Source: the human T2T-CHM13v2.0 reference genome, Homo sapiens. Taken from it: 64,000 nt of DNA. A program made the translations under genes and the position numbers. Below, in pieces: positions 11,899-25,828 of this stretch. A model generated the notes under the pieces. That model was not told the origin of the DNA and searched no databases. It worked only from the letters and a program-made list of their open reading frames with translations. The stretch lies in assembly GCF_009914755.1 (NCBI RefSeq), contig NC_060936.1, one strand, 5' to 3'. The stretch's first letter is position 1; every line of letters starts with the position of its first letter.

Positions 11899-13529
11899 AG
11901 AGTAAATTTTTGTAGAAAAAGAATGAAGTTATTGGAGTGGTATGAATAAGATGTGATGATGACTTGTATGAGTGTCATGGTAGTGACCATAGAGGGAAGA
12001 GAAAGTACATATGTTGGAACAAAATGAGTATACCTGGTATACTTAGTATATAAATACTAGATTTCTGGTTTTTAAAAAATGAATGTTCTGGTTATAAGAA
12101 CTATCATGGAGGATTGGAGAACAGCTATTGTGTATGTGGGGAAGTTAAAGATTACATGTTCGGTTTTACACATGTTGAGTATTGATGCCTTGGAGGCACC
12201 TATGTCGAGATTTCAAAGGCAAATTTGACATATAAGTTTGGAATTCATGTAAGAGGTTGACAGGAGATGTAAATTTGGATGTCATAGAGATGCTGTAAAA
12301 TTTAATGAAAAGTAATAACATCAGGAGGGACATAATACAGAGAAAGAAGTGAAGGAATGCAAAATATAGTTCTGAGAAAATTAAAAATTATGGTATTATA
12401 AGGAAATTGAAAAATTAGCAAAACAAGCTGAGAAGGAGCCCACAAAGGAAGGAAACAAACTGGGAGAGTGTGGTAATGTAATTAAGAACAAAAGCCTGAT
12501 TAATTGTGTCCAATACTAAGGTAAGTCTTAGCAAAATTAAGCACTAAAAATATCCATTAGATTTTTCAAAACAGCGGGTTTGCCCTTGACCAGATCTGTT
12601 ACAGCAGATTTATAGGGAAAGAAGCCATAACAGAAGGTAAAGAAATGAAGAAGGCAGGTGTCAGATTACTCTTCAATACAATTTCGTTTTGAAAAAAAAA
12701 AAAAGAAGAAAGAAAATAAGAAATTAAGTGGAAGGAAATGTGGTGTCGGAAAGTTTTTATAAATAAATTAATATGTAATTATTATAGTTTATTTCTTCAT
12801 TGTTATTTATTTATTTAAAACAATAATTACTGAGTATGTGCTTTATGCCAGGCATTTTTTATAGACAGAAAGACAAATTATTTTCAGACAATTAGGAAAT
12901 ATATATGCAGTATGCTAAAGATGCTACACAATTGGAAATTATTTATTTAAAATGTTTCAGCCATTAAAGTGAGATTCACCAACAAAATTTTCGTTATACT
13001 GTTTAATTTTTAAACAGGTGGCCAGTTGTGTGGGCTACAACTGCTGTACAGTTGAGTAAATAATTACAACCATAAAATGTGATTGAATCGACAGTTGGGA
13101 AATACTTGGGTAAAAAATTTCCTTGCGGAGATGACAAAAATAAATTAATGATAGAAGAGGAACTGTATACTAGATAACCTCTAAGTCTCTTGATTAATTA
13201 ATTAATTGATAACTTTCCATGATTTATACCTTAAACACAGTTTCCAGGCTCAACATTTTAAGTTATTGGAGAGTAATGATAGGTAAAGTGTTATTTTTAT
13301 AATTTTTTCTTTGGCATTAATCCAGGTAACATTTCTCAGAATGGGTGCTGACAGCTTAGTCATAAGCTTTTGTGGTCCCGAAGAAATATACTCCTCAATC
13401 ATAGCTTCCAACGATAATTTCTACTGACCATTTCAGAAACTGTAAATAATTCATATGGAAAATGGTTTAGTGCAATCTATACTCACTATTAGGAAAAAAA
13501 GTCCCATGCCTTGAGACTTCGAGTCAATA

Positions 13530-15130
13530 GAATCTTTAATGATTTAATTATGGAAAATTTTGAACATATTCAAAGGTAGGGAAAATAGTACAATTAACCA
13601 CCTGTGCCTGTGATTCGGTTTCAACAATGAACAACTCATGGCTATTTGTTCTTACCATACCTCCAGACTGGCTCACTCACATGGATGACAAGTTGGGCTG
13701 AGGCCAGGGTCCTTTCCCATATAGGGCTTTTAATTGGGCTGATTGAGCATATTCACAGTATGCTGTCTGGCTTCCTCTGTAGCAAATGATGCAGAAGGCC
13801 AAAAGGGAAGCTGCGGTGCTTTTCAGGACAAAGCCTCGAAGTCACACATCCTCACTTCTGTTGTTCCAACCATGATTCAATGTGGCAAGGGGCTGACTAC
13901 ACAAGGCTGTGAACACCGGGAAGGAAATATCACTGAAGGACAAATTGATGGCTAGCTAACACAGTGTGTATGTGTTTAAGACAATAACTCTCTTTTTAAA
14001 ATGTAATTGCAATATAACTTAATAAGACTTTAATATCATCAAATATATACATATAGTTCACATGTTCCCAATTTTTTAATGGTTTATTCAGATCAGAATT
14101 AAAATACAGTCATGCATTGCAATCGGTTGAAATGATTAAGTCTCTTTTAATTTCTCTAATTTTTCTTTCTAAATTATTTGTTAAAGAAAGTGAAACATTT
14201 GTTTTACAGAGTTTCCCACTTTCTGGGTTGTGTTGATTTCATCCTGATAGAGCGTTTGTTCATTAGAGGCTGGGTAAATGCTTGATTAATTCCTTTCCAA
14301 TATTCGGAGATCTTTCCTTAGCATCCTACATAAGTCACCAGTAGAATTTTACAAAATTCTATCATGGGCTCCTGGATTTAGGTATATTTGATGTGTTTCA
14401 GTCCATTTCAGTTATTTTCTTATTAATGATACAATTATACCATCTTTGGCCAGTAAAAGACCTTTTAAATTGATCCTTGAATCTTTTGCAAGTGACTCCA
14501 GTTGTCTTGACAATTTTCTTTTCTTCTAGAATAAAAAAATTTTCTAGGTTTATCTTATGTATTAGCTGGCCCAGACATAGAAACAAACATGTCTCTACTA
14601 ATCCCTAGTTTCTTTTTGTGAGTATGGTCAAGAAATATGTATTTTTAAAAGCAAATTATGTGTTCATATAGTTATTTGAAATTCAATTTAATATTTAAAG
14701 TTTTTTATTTATTTAATTTTATATCAAATTTCATTTTTGGGGGTGAAAGATCTTGGTTCTAACTACAATAACTATACATTAACTATATTAGCATATTTAT
14801 TATACATATATGCACATATACATAGTTTCAAAGAATAATGCTAATAATAATATGATTATGAAAAAAGTATGAGTTTTTTGCAGTTATTTTTATCCTTAGG
14901 ATCCATCTGCAAGTATATACAATCAAATTACTATACATAAAGTCACTTGAGATAAATCCTTGGCATACAGTCATATTCGTTTATTTCATTTTACCTTTGA
15001 TTTGTAGGTATTATTTTTATAAATTTTGTTTTGTTTTATTATTATAAAACATTTACATGCTTCTAAATGTGTATTCAGAGAAGTTGCCTTCTTCACCTGT
15101 TCTCACCTTCCACTTACAGGAATTTTTTTT
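13530..15130 (-). mobile_element. ancient L1 (L1MC/ME-like) 3' UTR remnants with an MLT1 fragment at ~13660-13965
   Basis: TTTAATTATGGAAAATTTTGAACATA, CATTGCAATCGGTTG; MLT-like GGCTCACTCACATGG...GAAGTCACACA. Confidence 0.5.
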
Positions 15131-15182
15131 AAGCTTTTGTTTTATCCTTCCATCATTTAAAATACTTGAGAAAAAAGTGTAT

Positions 15183-18100
15183 ATTTTCTAGATCCTTGAG
15201 GAATTGCCACACAGTCTTCCACAATGGTTGAACTAATTTACATCCCACCAACAGTGTAAAAGTGTTCGTATTTCTTCACATTGTCTCCAACATCTGTTGT
15301 TTCCTGGCTTTTTAATGATCACCATTCTAACTGGGGTGAGATGGTATCTCATTGTGGTTTTGATTTGCAGTTCTCTGATGACTAGTGATGATGAGCATTT
15401 TTTCATATGTCTGCTGGCTGCATAAATGTCATCTTTTGAGAAATATCTGTTCATATCCTTTGCCCACTTTTTGTTGGGGTTGTTTTCTTGTAAATTTAAG
15501 TTCTTTGTAGATTCTAGATATTAGCCCTTTGTCAGCTGGATAGATAGATTGCAAAAATTTTCTCCCATTCTGTAGGTTGCCTGTTCATGCTGATGATAGT
15601 TTCTGTTGCTGTGCAGAAGCTCTTTAATTTAATTAGATCCCAATTGTCTATTTTGGCTTTTGTTGCCATTGCTTTTGGTGTTTTAGTCATGAAGTCTTTG
15701 CCCATGCCTATGTCCTGAATGGTATTGCCTAGATTTTCTTCTAGGGTTTTTATGATGTTAGGTCTTACATTTAAGTCTTTAATCCATCTTGAGTTAATTT
15801 TTGTATAAGGTGTAAGGAAGGGATCCAGTTTCAGCTTTCTACATATGGCTAGCCAGTTTTCCCAGCACCATTTATTAAATAGGGAATTCTTTCCCCAGTG
15901 CTTGTTTTTGTCAGGTTTGTCAAAGATCAGATGGTTGTAGATGTGTGGTGTTATTGCTGAGGCCTCTGTTCTGTTCCATTGGTCTATGTATCTGTTTTGG
16001 TACCAGTACCATGCTGTTTTTGTTACTGTAGCCTTGTAGTATAGTTTGAAGTCAGGCAGTGTGATGCCTTCAGCTTTGTTCTTTTTGCTTAGTATTGTCT
16101 TGGCTATGTGGGCTCTTTTTTTGTTCCATGTGAACTTTAAAGTAGTTTTTTCCAATTCTGTGAAGAAAGTCAGTGGTAGCTTGATGAGGATAGATTGAAT
16201 CTGTAAATTACCTTGGGCAGTATGGCCATTTTCACGATATTGATTCTTCCTATCCATGAGCATGGAATGGTCTTCCATTTGTTTGTGTCCTCTTTTATTT
16301 CGTTGAGCAGTGGTTTGTAGTTCTGGTTGAAGAGTTCCTTCACATCCCTTGTAAGTTGGATTCCTAGGTATTTTATTCTCTTTGTAGTAATTGTGTATGG
16401 GAGTTCACTCATGATTTGGCTCTCTGTTTATTACTGGTGTATAGGAATGCTTGTGATTTTTGTACATTGATTTTATATCCTGAGACTTTGCTGAAGTTGC
16501 TTATCAGCTTAAGGAGATATTGGTCTGAGACAATAGTGTTTTCTAAATATACAATCATGTCATCAGCAAAAAGAGACAATTTGACTTCCTCTTTTCCTAA
16601 TTGAATACCCTTTATTTCTTTCTTTTGCCTGATTGTTCTAGCCAGAACTTCCAACACTATGTTGAATAGGAGTGGTGAGAGAGGGCATCCTTGTTTTGTG
16701 CTGGATTTCAAAGGGAATGCTTCCAGTTTTTTTCCCATTCAGTATGATATTGGCTGTGGGTTTGTCATAAATAGTTCTTATTATTTTGAGATACATTGCA
16801 TCAATACCTAGTTTACTGAGAGGTTTTAGCATGAAGGGCTGTTGAATTTTGAAGACCCATCAGTGTGCTGTATTCAGGAGACCCATCTCACATGGAAAGA
16901 TGCACATAGGCTCAAAATAAAGGGATGGAGGAAGATCTACCAAGCAAATGGAAAGAAAAAAAAAAAAAAACAGGGGTTGCAATCCTAATCCTAGTCTCTG
17001 ATAAAGCAGACTTTAAACCAACAAATATCAAAAGAGACAAAGAAGACCTACCATAATGGTAAAGGGATCAATTCAACAAGAAGAGCTAACTATCCTAAAT
17101 ATACATGCATCCAATACAGGAGCACCCAGATTCATAAAGCAAGTCCTTAGAGACCTACAAAGAGACTTAGACTCTCACACAATAATAATGGGAGACTTTA
17201 ACACCCCATTGTCAATATTAGACAGATCGAGACAGAAGGTTAACAAGGATATCCAGAACTTGAACTCAGCTCTGGACCAAGCAGACCTAATAGACATCTA
17301 CAGAAATCTACACCCCAAATCAACAGAATATACATTCTTCTCAGCAGCACATCACACTTATTATAAAATGGACCACATAATTGGAAGTAAAACACTCCTC
17401 AGCAAATGTAAAAGAACAGAAATCACAACAAACTGTCTCTTGGACCACAGTGCAATCAAATTAGAACTCAGGATTAATAAACTCACTCAAAACTGCACAG
17501 CTATATGGAAGCTGAACAACCTGCTCCTGAATGACTACTGGGTAAATAGTGAAATGAAGGCGGAAATAAAGATGTTCTTTGAAACCAATGAGAACAAAGA
17601 CTAATGTACCAGAATCTCTGGGACACATATACAGCAGTGTGTAGAGGGAAATTTATAGCACTAAATGCCCACAAGAGAAAGCAGGAAATATCTAAAGTCG
17701 ACACCCTAACATCACAATTAAAACAACTAGAGAAGCAAGAACAAACAAGTTCAAAAGCTAGCAGAAGAGAAGAAATAACTTAGATCAGAGCTGAAGGAGA
17801 CAGAGACACAAAAAAACCCTTCAAAAAAGTCAATGAATCTAGGAGCTGGTTTTTTGAAAAGATCAACAAAATAGATACACTGCTAGGCAGACTAATAAAG
17901 AAGATAACAGTGAAGAATCAAATAGAAGCAATAAAAAATGGTAAAGGGGATATCACCACCGATCCCACAGAAATACAAACGACCATCAGAGAATACTATA
18001 AACACCTCTACACAAATAAACTAGAAAACCTAGAAGAAATGGATAAATTCCTGGACACATACACCCTCCCAAGACTAAACCAGGAAGAAGTTGAATCTCT

Positions 18101-18578
18101 GAATAGACCAATAACAGGTTCAGAAATTGAGGTAAGAATTAATAGTCTACCAACCAGAAAAAGTCCAGGACCAGAGAGATTCACAGCTGAATTCTACCAG
18201 AAGTAGCAAGAGGAACTGGTACCATTCCTTCTGAAGCTATTCCGATCAATGGAAAAAGAGGGAATCCTCCCTAACTCATATTATGAGGCCAGCATCATCC
18301 TGATACCAAAGCCTGGCAGAGACACAACAAAAAAAGAGAATTTTAGTCCAGTATCCCTGAAGAACATTGATGTGAAAATCCTCAATAAAATACTGGCAAA
18401 CCAAATCTAGCAGCACATGAAAAAGCTTATCCACCACAATCAAGTCAGCTTCATCCCTGGGATGCAAGGATGGTTCAACATATGCAAATCAATAAACATA
18501 ATCCATCACATAAACAGAACCAATGACAAAAACCACATGATTCTCTCAATAGATGCAGAAAAGACATTTGATAAAATT
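15183..18578 (-). mobile_element. L1PA element with 5' inversion: 15183-16851 minus (ORF2 3' half), 16852-18578 plus (ORF2 EN to RT start); 3' UTR and poly(A) absent
   Basis: ORFs 15233-16832 (-) and 17056-18206 (+) are L1 ORF2 fragments; the two pieces are contiguous in L1 at GA(T/C)AAAATTCAAC. Confidence 0.95.
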
Positions 18579-18605
18579 AAAACTTTTATTTAAAAAATTT
18601 TATCA

Positions 18606-18888
18606 GCTGGGCGTGGTGGCCCATGCCTGTAATCCCAGCACTTCGGGAGGCCAGGGCAGGTGGATCACAAGGTCAGAAGTTCAAGACCGGATTAGCCAAT
18701 ATGATGAAACCCCATCTCTACTAAAAATACAAAAATGAGCTGGGTGTGGTGATGTGCCTCTATAGTCCCAGCTACTCAGGAGACTGAGGCACTGCAACCC
18801 AGGAGGTGGAATTTGCAGTGATCCAAGATGGCACCATCGCACTCCAGCCCAGGTGACAGTGCGTGACTCCATATCAAAAAAAAAAAAA
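18606..18888 (+). mobile_element. AluS (Sg-like)
   Basis: GCTGGGCGTGGTGGC...GGATCACAAGGTCAG...poly-A; TSD-like AAAAATT(TT)ATCA. Confidence 0.9.
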
Positions 18889-20415
18889 TTATCAATATGC
18901 CGTGATTGCCCAAGTATCTTTGTGCTAGAGAGGATGTAAAACAATTTTGTAAGGGGAACCTTCATAACTTCCAAGGTAAGACTCTCTAATCAGGAATTCA
19001 GTCTTGTTGTGCTACTCAGTAGAGATAGAGATAGATAGTATTATATCTAGGTGAATTGTCTTCAAGGTCTGCAAACCTGTATTTAACTGGTTACCCAAAA
19101 TGATATATTCTAGATTAATATGCTCTCCAGTATAATGTGACTGTGCACCAACAGATATTTATTAAAACTGAGCTAAGCAAAGAACCTCTTGGAGAATAGA
19201 CTGTCCATTAAGTCAGATAATTTAAAACATATTCTTGAAACAAGCTATATCAATAGGAAGCTGAGTGCCATGGGAGCATTTTATAGCTCTCTCTCCTTCC
19301 CACAACCCGCTCCCTCCCTCTATTGAATGATGTTTAATAAAACAGCACTATGAAACTTTATTTGAAGGATGTTGTTGAAGGAAAGCTCTCTTACATTGAG
19401 AATAGATGTATGTCTCGTGAGTAACTGGTTCTGTTTTCTTTTATGGACACTGAGAAGTAACAGATCTGGCTTTCTTTGACACCGCAGCTGCTGAGAAGCT
19501 ATTTTGGTAAGCACACTTGCTGAAGTATCAGAGGTTGGCCAGGAAAACATGAGCCATTCTGGGTATGCTAAACAGTAAGAATTTTAATACAGAGAATTAG
19601 CTAGTGGCAGGCTTGGGCATAAAGCTGTTAGAGTTGGTGACATACAGGAGCTCACCTGGAAGCATTGATAAACCTCAGTAATTGCAGCTTCTAGCCTTAT
19701 CTGGTTTCTAAAGCAGATGATTCTCAAAATCTTTTCTTCTGCCCAGGTGTATTCCTGCAGCGACCTCCCACGATTGCTAATGGCATTTCCTTCCTTTCTA
19801 TCTTCCTCATTTCTTATAAGCTGAATCCTACAGGGAAGGGCATCATGGTGATGCTCAGTGGAAAACATACACAGGATGCCTGCAAGTTCTAGGCGACTTG
19901 TAAACTCAGTGGTTTATAAAAGCACACATGGCAAGAAAATGCCATTAGAAGAATCATCCAAGTCAAATGTAAAGGACCCTGTCCCCACTGTCTGTCCAAC
20001 TCTGTATAGGATTAGAATACTCACCACAGATACTGTCCTGGAACATGCACCTTCTGGTGGAGTTGACCTCACTCACAGAAACAGGCGATCATTAGCACAT
20101 TTGCATGACCTAGTTACTTCAATATTTTACTTGTTTTTATATTTTTGATTCTAGCTGTTGCTTGAGTAAATATTTCATATACAGTCCAGAGCTGTGGCTG
20201 ACCCTTAGCATTTTAATCCTTTCTAACCTCAGCAACTGTGCTATATTATTCTAACATTGCAGAGCAATATTTTTATTCAATTCTCTACTAGAATTTTTAT
20301 TGTATGTCTCTAAAACTGTGATTCCTTTTTTTCCTAACACAAAAGAATAAGAGGCTAGACCATGGGGGAGAAAAGTTTTGGTGACCATCTCTCCAATTAA
20401 AAGTTTAGAACACGA

Positions 20416-20700
20416 CAGGCTCTGTGGCTCAAGCCTGTAATCCCAGCACTTTGGGAGGCCGAGATGGGCAGATCACTTGAAGTCAGGAGTTTGAGATGAG
20501 CCTGGCCAACCTGGTAAAACCCTGTCTCTACTACAAACACAAAAATTAGCCAGGAGTTGTGGCAGGCACCTGTAATCCCAGCTACTCAGGAGGTTGAGGC
20601 AGGAGAATTGCTTGAACCCGAGAAGCAGAAGTTGCAGTGAGCTGCAGTCGCTACACTGCACTCCAGAGACAGAAAGAGACTCTGTCTCAAAAAAAAAAAA
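20416..20700 (+). mobile_element. AluS-like
   Basis: GCCTGTAATCCCAGCACTTTGGGAGGCCGAG...poly-A. Confidence 0.9.
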
Positions 20701-21429
20701 TTACACCAAATTGAGGTGCATGCATAGCAAAGATTATCTAATTCTCTTTTGATTCGAAAAGTAAGCTGTACTCTTTTATTATTTATCATTGGGAGGCTCC
20801 TCATATTCTTTCTGGGACAAAAGTAATATATGTACAAACATAAGCATTTTTCATTTACTTACAAATAAATGGGATCTTATTCTAAGCAAGTTCTGCTTTT
20901 TAAGGGATCATTTCAGTTTGCCTTGCTGTGAAAAAGACAAGAAAAATGTTTTGTTGCTTTTTCCTCAGATAGATTTTTTTTTTAAATCCCCACCTGGCTA
21001 GGTGTGAAGTCCAAGCCAACTGCTTTGTATATTTATTTTCGATTAAAAAAAATGTGTCAAAGAAGTGACTAGGGTGTTAGCTTTACCTGAGTACTGAGGA
21101 CTGCAAACTTTGCTGGTAGTACAGGTTTTATGAAACTATTTTAAAAGGGTAGGAAGATGTCCCCAAAGAACACCAATAATTGAATGATTTCTTAAGGGAC
21201 ACTCATACAACCCCTTAGGCAGAGTCAGGTAGGGAAACAATGGCAGACCAAGGAGTTAGGAATCCTAATTCTAGGCTTTGTCAGGAGTAGTCTACTCTCT
21301 AATCACCCTTGTAATGGTTCATTTGAAAATTATTTAATTATAATACATTCATTTATAGGAATAAAATGAGTATATTTTTATACTACCCTTCTCAAAGAAT
21401 TCTGGATAGGATAAGATGTATGATGGAGA

Positions 21430-21650
21430 GGGTATATGAGCAGTAAAAACTAATTTGAATTCTGTCACTGTCTGCTACTAATTGTGACATTGAACAAATT
21501 ATTTAGCCTGGGGAACCAATTGCACCTTCTAAAACTTATTAAATTTCATATCCTAGTTAGTAATCTACTATAAGATCTACTTTCTAAAGTTGTTTTGAGG
21601 ATTAAATGAGGTAATGCATTAAAAGAGCTTTGAAAACTGCAAATTCTATA
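21430..21650 (+). mobile_element. MIR
   Basis: TGTGACATTGAACAAATTATTTAGCCT...GTTTTGAGGATTAAATGAG. Confidence 0.6.
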
Positions 21651-22139
21651 CACATCATTCCAGCTCAATAAGTAGCCATGCCAGGAGGCAGAGAGAAACT
21701 TAGATGCTTTGCATTGAGAAAGCTTTGAGAATTTATTGACATGCTAACTTGAATTCATTGAACAGGGAAAGCGGCGTCCACAGGGTTTCTCCAAGAAAGT
21801 AATTCAGCCTAAATAGGTACCAACGCACAATAGCTTTAGTGATACTGCCAAAGCAAGGCTGAGCCCAGAAGGCCACCAATCAAGGTCTGTTAGCATTCAT
21901 TCTCATCACATTCCTAATTTGTTGGGTTGACTAGACAATGTCTTGAGTATATTGACATATTATAATTAAATTTAATTATATTACCATCCAGGAACAGATA
22001 ACAAAGCAAATACTTTTACTGTTCTGATTATTAGCACTTTACATTCCCAATGTTAGTAAAAGTCAGAATATGTATATATTTCTCAAGACGTGTGTCTGCA
22101 TTCAGATAGATAGATGAAGTATATAATTTATCAAATTGG

Positions 22140-22490
22140 AATTGTCCTATATGCAGTAGACATCACTAATGACAGCAATATCTAGTTATCTTTCCCCATG
22201 AAAGATTGTACTTTTCAGGCCTTTTGTAGCCAATGAGATGTCACTTTAGGATGGGGGCAGTAAAATATTTACAATTTTTTTAGTCTCTCATTTTCCCCTT
22301 CTGAGAAGAGACTTGGTGTTGAGGTGGTCAGCCTTGAACATTGAGATGGGGCATAGAGGTCAGACACTGAAGAGAACTGCCCAGGCCTGCAGTGGACTTT
22401 GCATGAGCAAGTAATACATTTAAGTTAGGCCAAATAACTAAGATTTTGGAGTTGTTATTGCAGCAGAGCGTAGCCTACCTGGATTGATTG
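22140..22490 (+). mobile_element. old MLT1 (MLT1I/J-like) LTR remnant
   Basis: GGACTTTGCATGAGCAAG...AAGATTTTGGAGTTGTTATTGCAGCA...TAGCCTA. Confidence 0.5.
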
Positions 22491-23879
22491 ATAAATCGAT
22501 AGTGGGTGTATTGATAAATCGATGGTATATGGTTTATCAAAGTGGAATCAGAATGTTATCTTGTTTTTTCTTAAGCTATATGACAACAATGTTTCCTTGC
22601 TAGTTAAAACTTTGTCCCTATAATTTTAATGCTTATTAATTTTATGTATCACAATGTACTGAATAAATCCTGCACATTATATATTTAATTTATTAATGTT
22701 GAATATTCCTTAATAACATATTTAAAAGAAATTCACTCATGTGGAATTGTGCTAATTTATTTTCAACCATCAGTATAGAAAAATTTCTACATCTTTACCC
22801 GCTTACCATAACTGTATGATCAGCTTTTTTCAGTTGTTAGCTAAAAATTCATTTGGTGGCTGCTTTAATTTGCATTTTATTAATTTGAAGTGGGTTTGAA
22901 TATTGAAAAGCATTTTTTAGCCATTTGTATATTTTACTAATGAAATTCTTGCCAACTCCCTTAATCTTAATTTTATGAGATGCGTATCTTCTTTTCAGTG
23001 ATTTGCAAAATCCTTATATTAGGAAAATGAATTCACTGTCCATTCAATATATGATTATTTTTGCAGATGGTTTTACCTTTTGATGACCTGTGTTTGATTT
23101 TGATGACCCATATTTTAAGATCTGGGTTTTTTGGTTTTTATTTATTTTTTCTTATTTTGGTCCATATTTACCTCTGCGTAATCCCTCTGTTGTATATTCT
23201 CATTCCCCAAATTTCCAGTTTTTATAATATTAATAGTAATTATTTCTAAAAGTAATACATCCAATGTAAATTACTATATAATATAAAACAATTTTTAAAG
23301 AAATACTCCTTACACCTTGACAATTTGATGACCACATCTCAAGAATAAATTGTAGATAGCGAACCTGGCAAGTGAAAAACTGATAAGATGTCATACTGCG
23401 CTGGAATATTAGTTCTCTATGCAGAAAACATCACGTTTGTTAATATGGCATGATGGCATTCTGTCCTCTCTTGGTCTCTATATACCTTTTTTATATATTT
23501 ATTTAACAGTTATATGCCAAGGACTGGTAAGCAGGGCTGGCACATATGGTTGTACTTAAAATCCTGATTTTTAAAAATAGTTTTTAAACATAGGGCTTAA
23601 GAGAAGTTACCTTGAATTTAGTATATTAATCTGAGGAATAAGTAAATATGTGCCAACTGCTTTTTGCATGAAAGATAATCATGGAAACGTGGAAATTGGG
23701 AAAATTTATCATTAATATGCATCTCTCTCTCCTTCTCTCTCTGTATGTACACACACATACAATGACTGTGTATATTCATTTATGTGTTATTAATTAAGGT
23801 ACAAATTCAAAGGCTCTCTAATAGACGTGACACATTTATGAACTTACAACACATTTAAAAATAAATATTTAAAGGCATT

Positions 23880-25400
23880 TGACTGCTACAATGAGATACT
23901 GTTTCATATCTAGAAGGGCTATAATCAAAAAGTCACACGATGAAAATACTAGGAGCCTCAAGGTAGAAATGTAAAATGGTATAGCCACTTTGGAAAACAA
24001 TCTTCAGTCAGTTCTCCAAAATGTCAAACAGTATTACCATATGGTGCAACAGTTCCACACTTAGGTATATAACCAATGAGATTAGATTCGGTAGTCTCAG
24101 TAGAGGTAGTGAAGTCTAAGCTGTGAATTTTGGGAAATAGAAATGACAGCATTCTGAGGTCTTACATGTTACAACTGAGAGGCTGGGGGGAATGACAGTT
24201 TTCTTTTGAGTACTCTGAATTCTCTCTGGACCTTTGCACATAGAGGGATCAAGGACTGGGGAAGAGTGTTCTTAGTTTGATTTCTTAGGGCTCCTTTATG
24301 ACCTCTTGAATATCTGGAGAGTCCCTTGTACCATGCCCTCCTTGGGCAGAGTCAATCTTATCTAGACAGCATAGGGTACACTCTTTATACTTGCATTTCT
24401 TGATTCCCTGGAAGCTATAATAACTCTTTCTATTGATATATAGTAGTTACATATATTTTGGGGGTATACGTGATGTTCCTATACCTGTATATAATGTGTA
24501 ATGATCAAATGAAGGTAACTGGAATATCCATTGACTCAAACATTTATCATTTATTTGGGAACATCACGATTAGTTGATTATTAGGTATACAAATAAAATG
24601 TGGCCTCCAATACATATAAACCAAAATTGACAGAATCATATGGACAAATGAATCTATCTACAGTTCTTTCATATTTGCTATATCGTGCAGAAAAAAAGAT
24701 TTGAATAATATAATTAATAATAATGATAAAATTAAAAATAGAACTCTTATGCAATAATTAGTGAACAGATACTTTTCTCAAGAACATAGACAGTATTTCT
24801 GCAAATTAACCATGTACCAAGGCATAAAACAACACAAATTTCAAAGAATTAGTATCATACTGATGTGTGTTATTGATTTCTAAGCTAATTACAATGTGGC
24901 TATTTGGATGCACATTGTAATTAGTTTAGAAATCAATAACAAACATTATAACAAAAAGAAAAATATATATAAATTTAGTAAAGAAAGAAACTTCTAAATA
25001 ACCAGGCAGGCAAAGAAGAATTTTAACAGAAAGTAGAGAGTAGATTTTGGAGAGATGCAGAATAAGCATTAGACAGAAATTCAGTGTCATTGACTTATAG
25101 TTGAGAAGAAAGAAAAGCTGAAGGTCAATGAGTTTAATGTTCTATTTAAGAGGCTGAAGAAAAAATTCACAGAATAAATTTAAAGAAATTCAAAAAATGA
25201 CAATAATGAAGAAGCATCTAAAATAATGAAATAAAGATATAATAAAGAGCATCAAGGACAAAAGTATGTTCTTTGAAGCTAACAAAGTAGACAAAAATTG
25301 GTAAAAATAACAAATACAAATGAAATAAATATCAAAGTGGAATATAACCACAGACAAGCAGAGATTTTAAAAACAATACCAGAAAACATACCAGTTTAAT
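23880..25400. mobile_element. ancient L1 fragments (ORF2 3' piece +, L1MA 3' end -, EN-region piece + at ~24580-25400)
   Basis: GTAAAATGGTATAGCCACTTTGGAAAACA; TGTAATGATCAAAT...CAAACATTTATCAT; TAGAAATCAATAACA. Confidence 0.6.
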
Positions 25401-25828
25401 GGACTGAACCTCTTTAGATATAAGCAGAAATGAATTTCCCATTTTCATACCCTTCTTGTGCAAAGATCTAGTAAAAAATATTTTGTTTTCCATTGGAAGA
25501 AATCTCTAGCAAAGCTCATAATTTTTCTAGTGTCTTAGAAAATGAAAAGTCCTTCATTTTGAGTAATAAAAGTCCAGTCCTGGTTAACATCAATACTCCA
25601 AATTGATAAAAGATTCCCTTCCTCTTCCAATTAAACCTGATTCAGTCTTTAGTAAGTGGTAGTGGTAGGAAAGATGGTGGGAGTCTTCTCTCCCTGCTCC
25701 ACCCATCCCCAACTGACTAGCTGCAGTTTTACGTCTTCTGAGAAGATATTAAGAATAAAGGGGACTAAGGGAAATGGAAAAATGCTTATATGGCTAATAG
25801 TTTGCCTCTTGATGTGGAAGACCCACTC

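Larger units (their letters stand above)
10290..12700 (-). mobile_element. L2 LINE remnant interrupted by LTR12 and an Alu
   Basis: AAATATTTATTG 3' end, AACAAAACAG..CCTGGCCCTCATGG, GGAAACAGCATGTGCAAAAGC, GGGCCTTGTAGG. Confidence 0.7.

Noticed and set aside
19320-20148. Three ORFs in non-repeat DNA
   Set aside because: No homology recognised, no consistent exon boundaries, opposite strands
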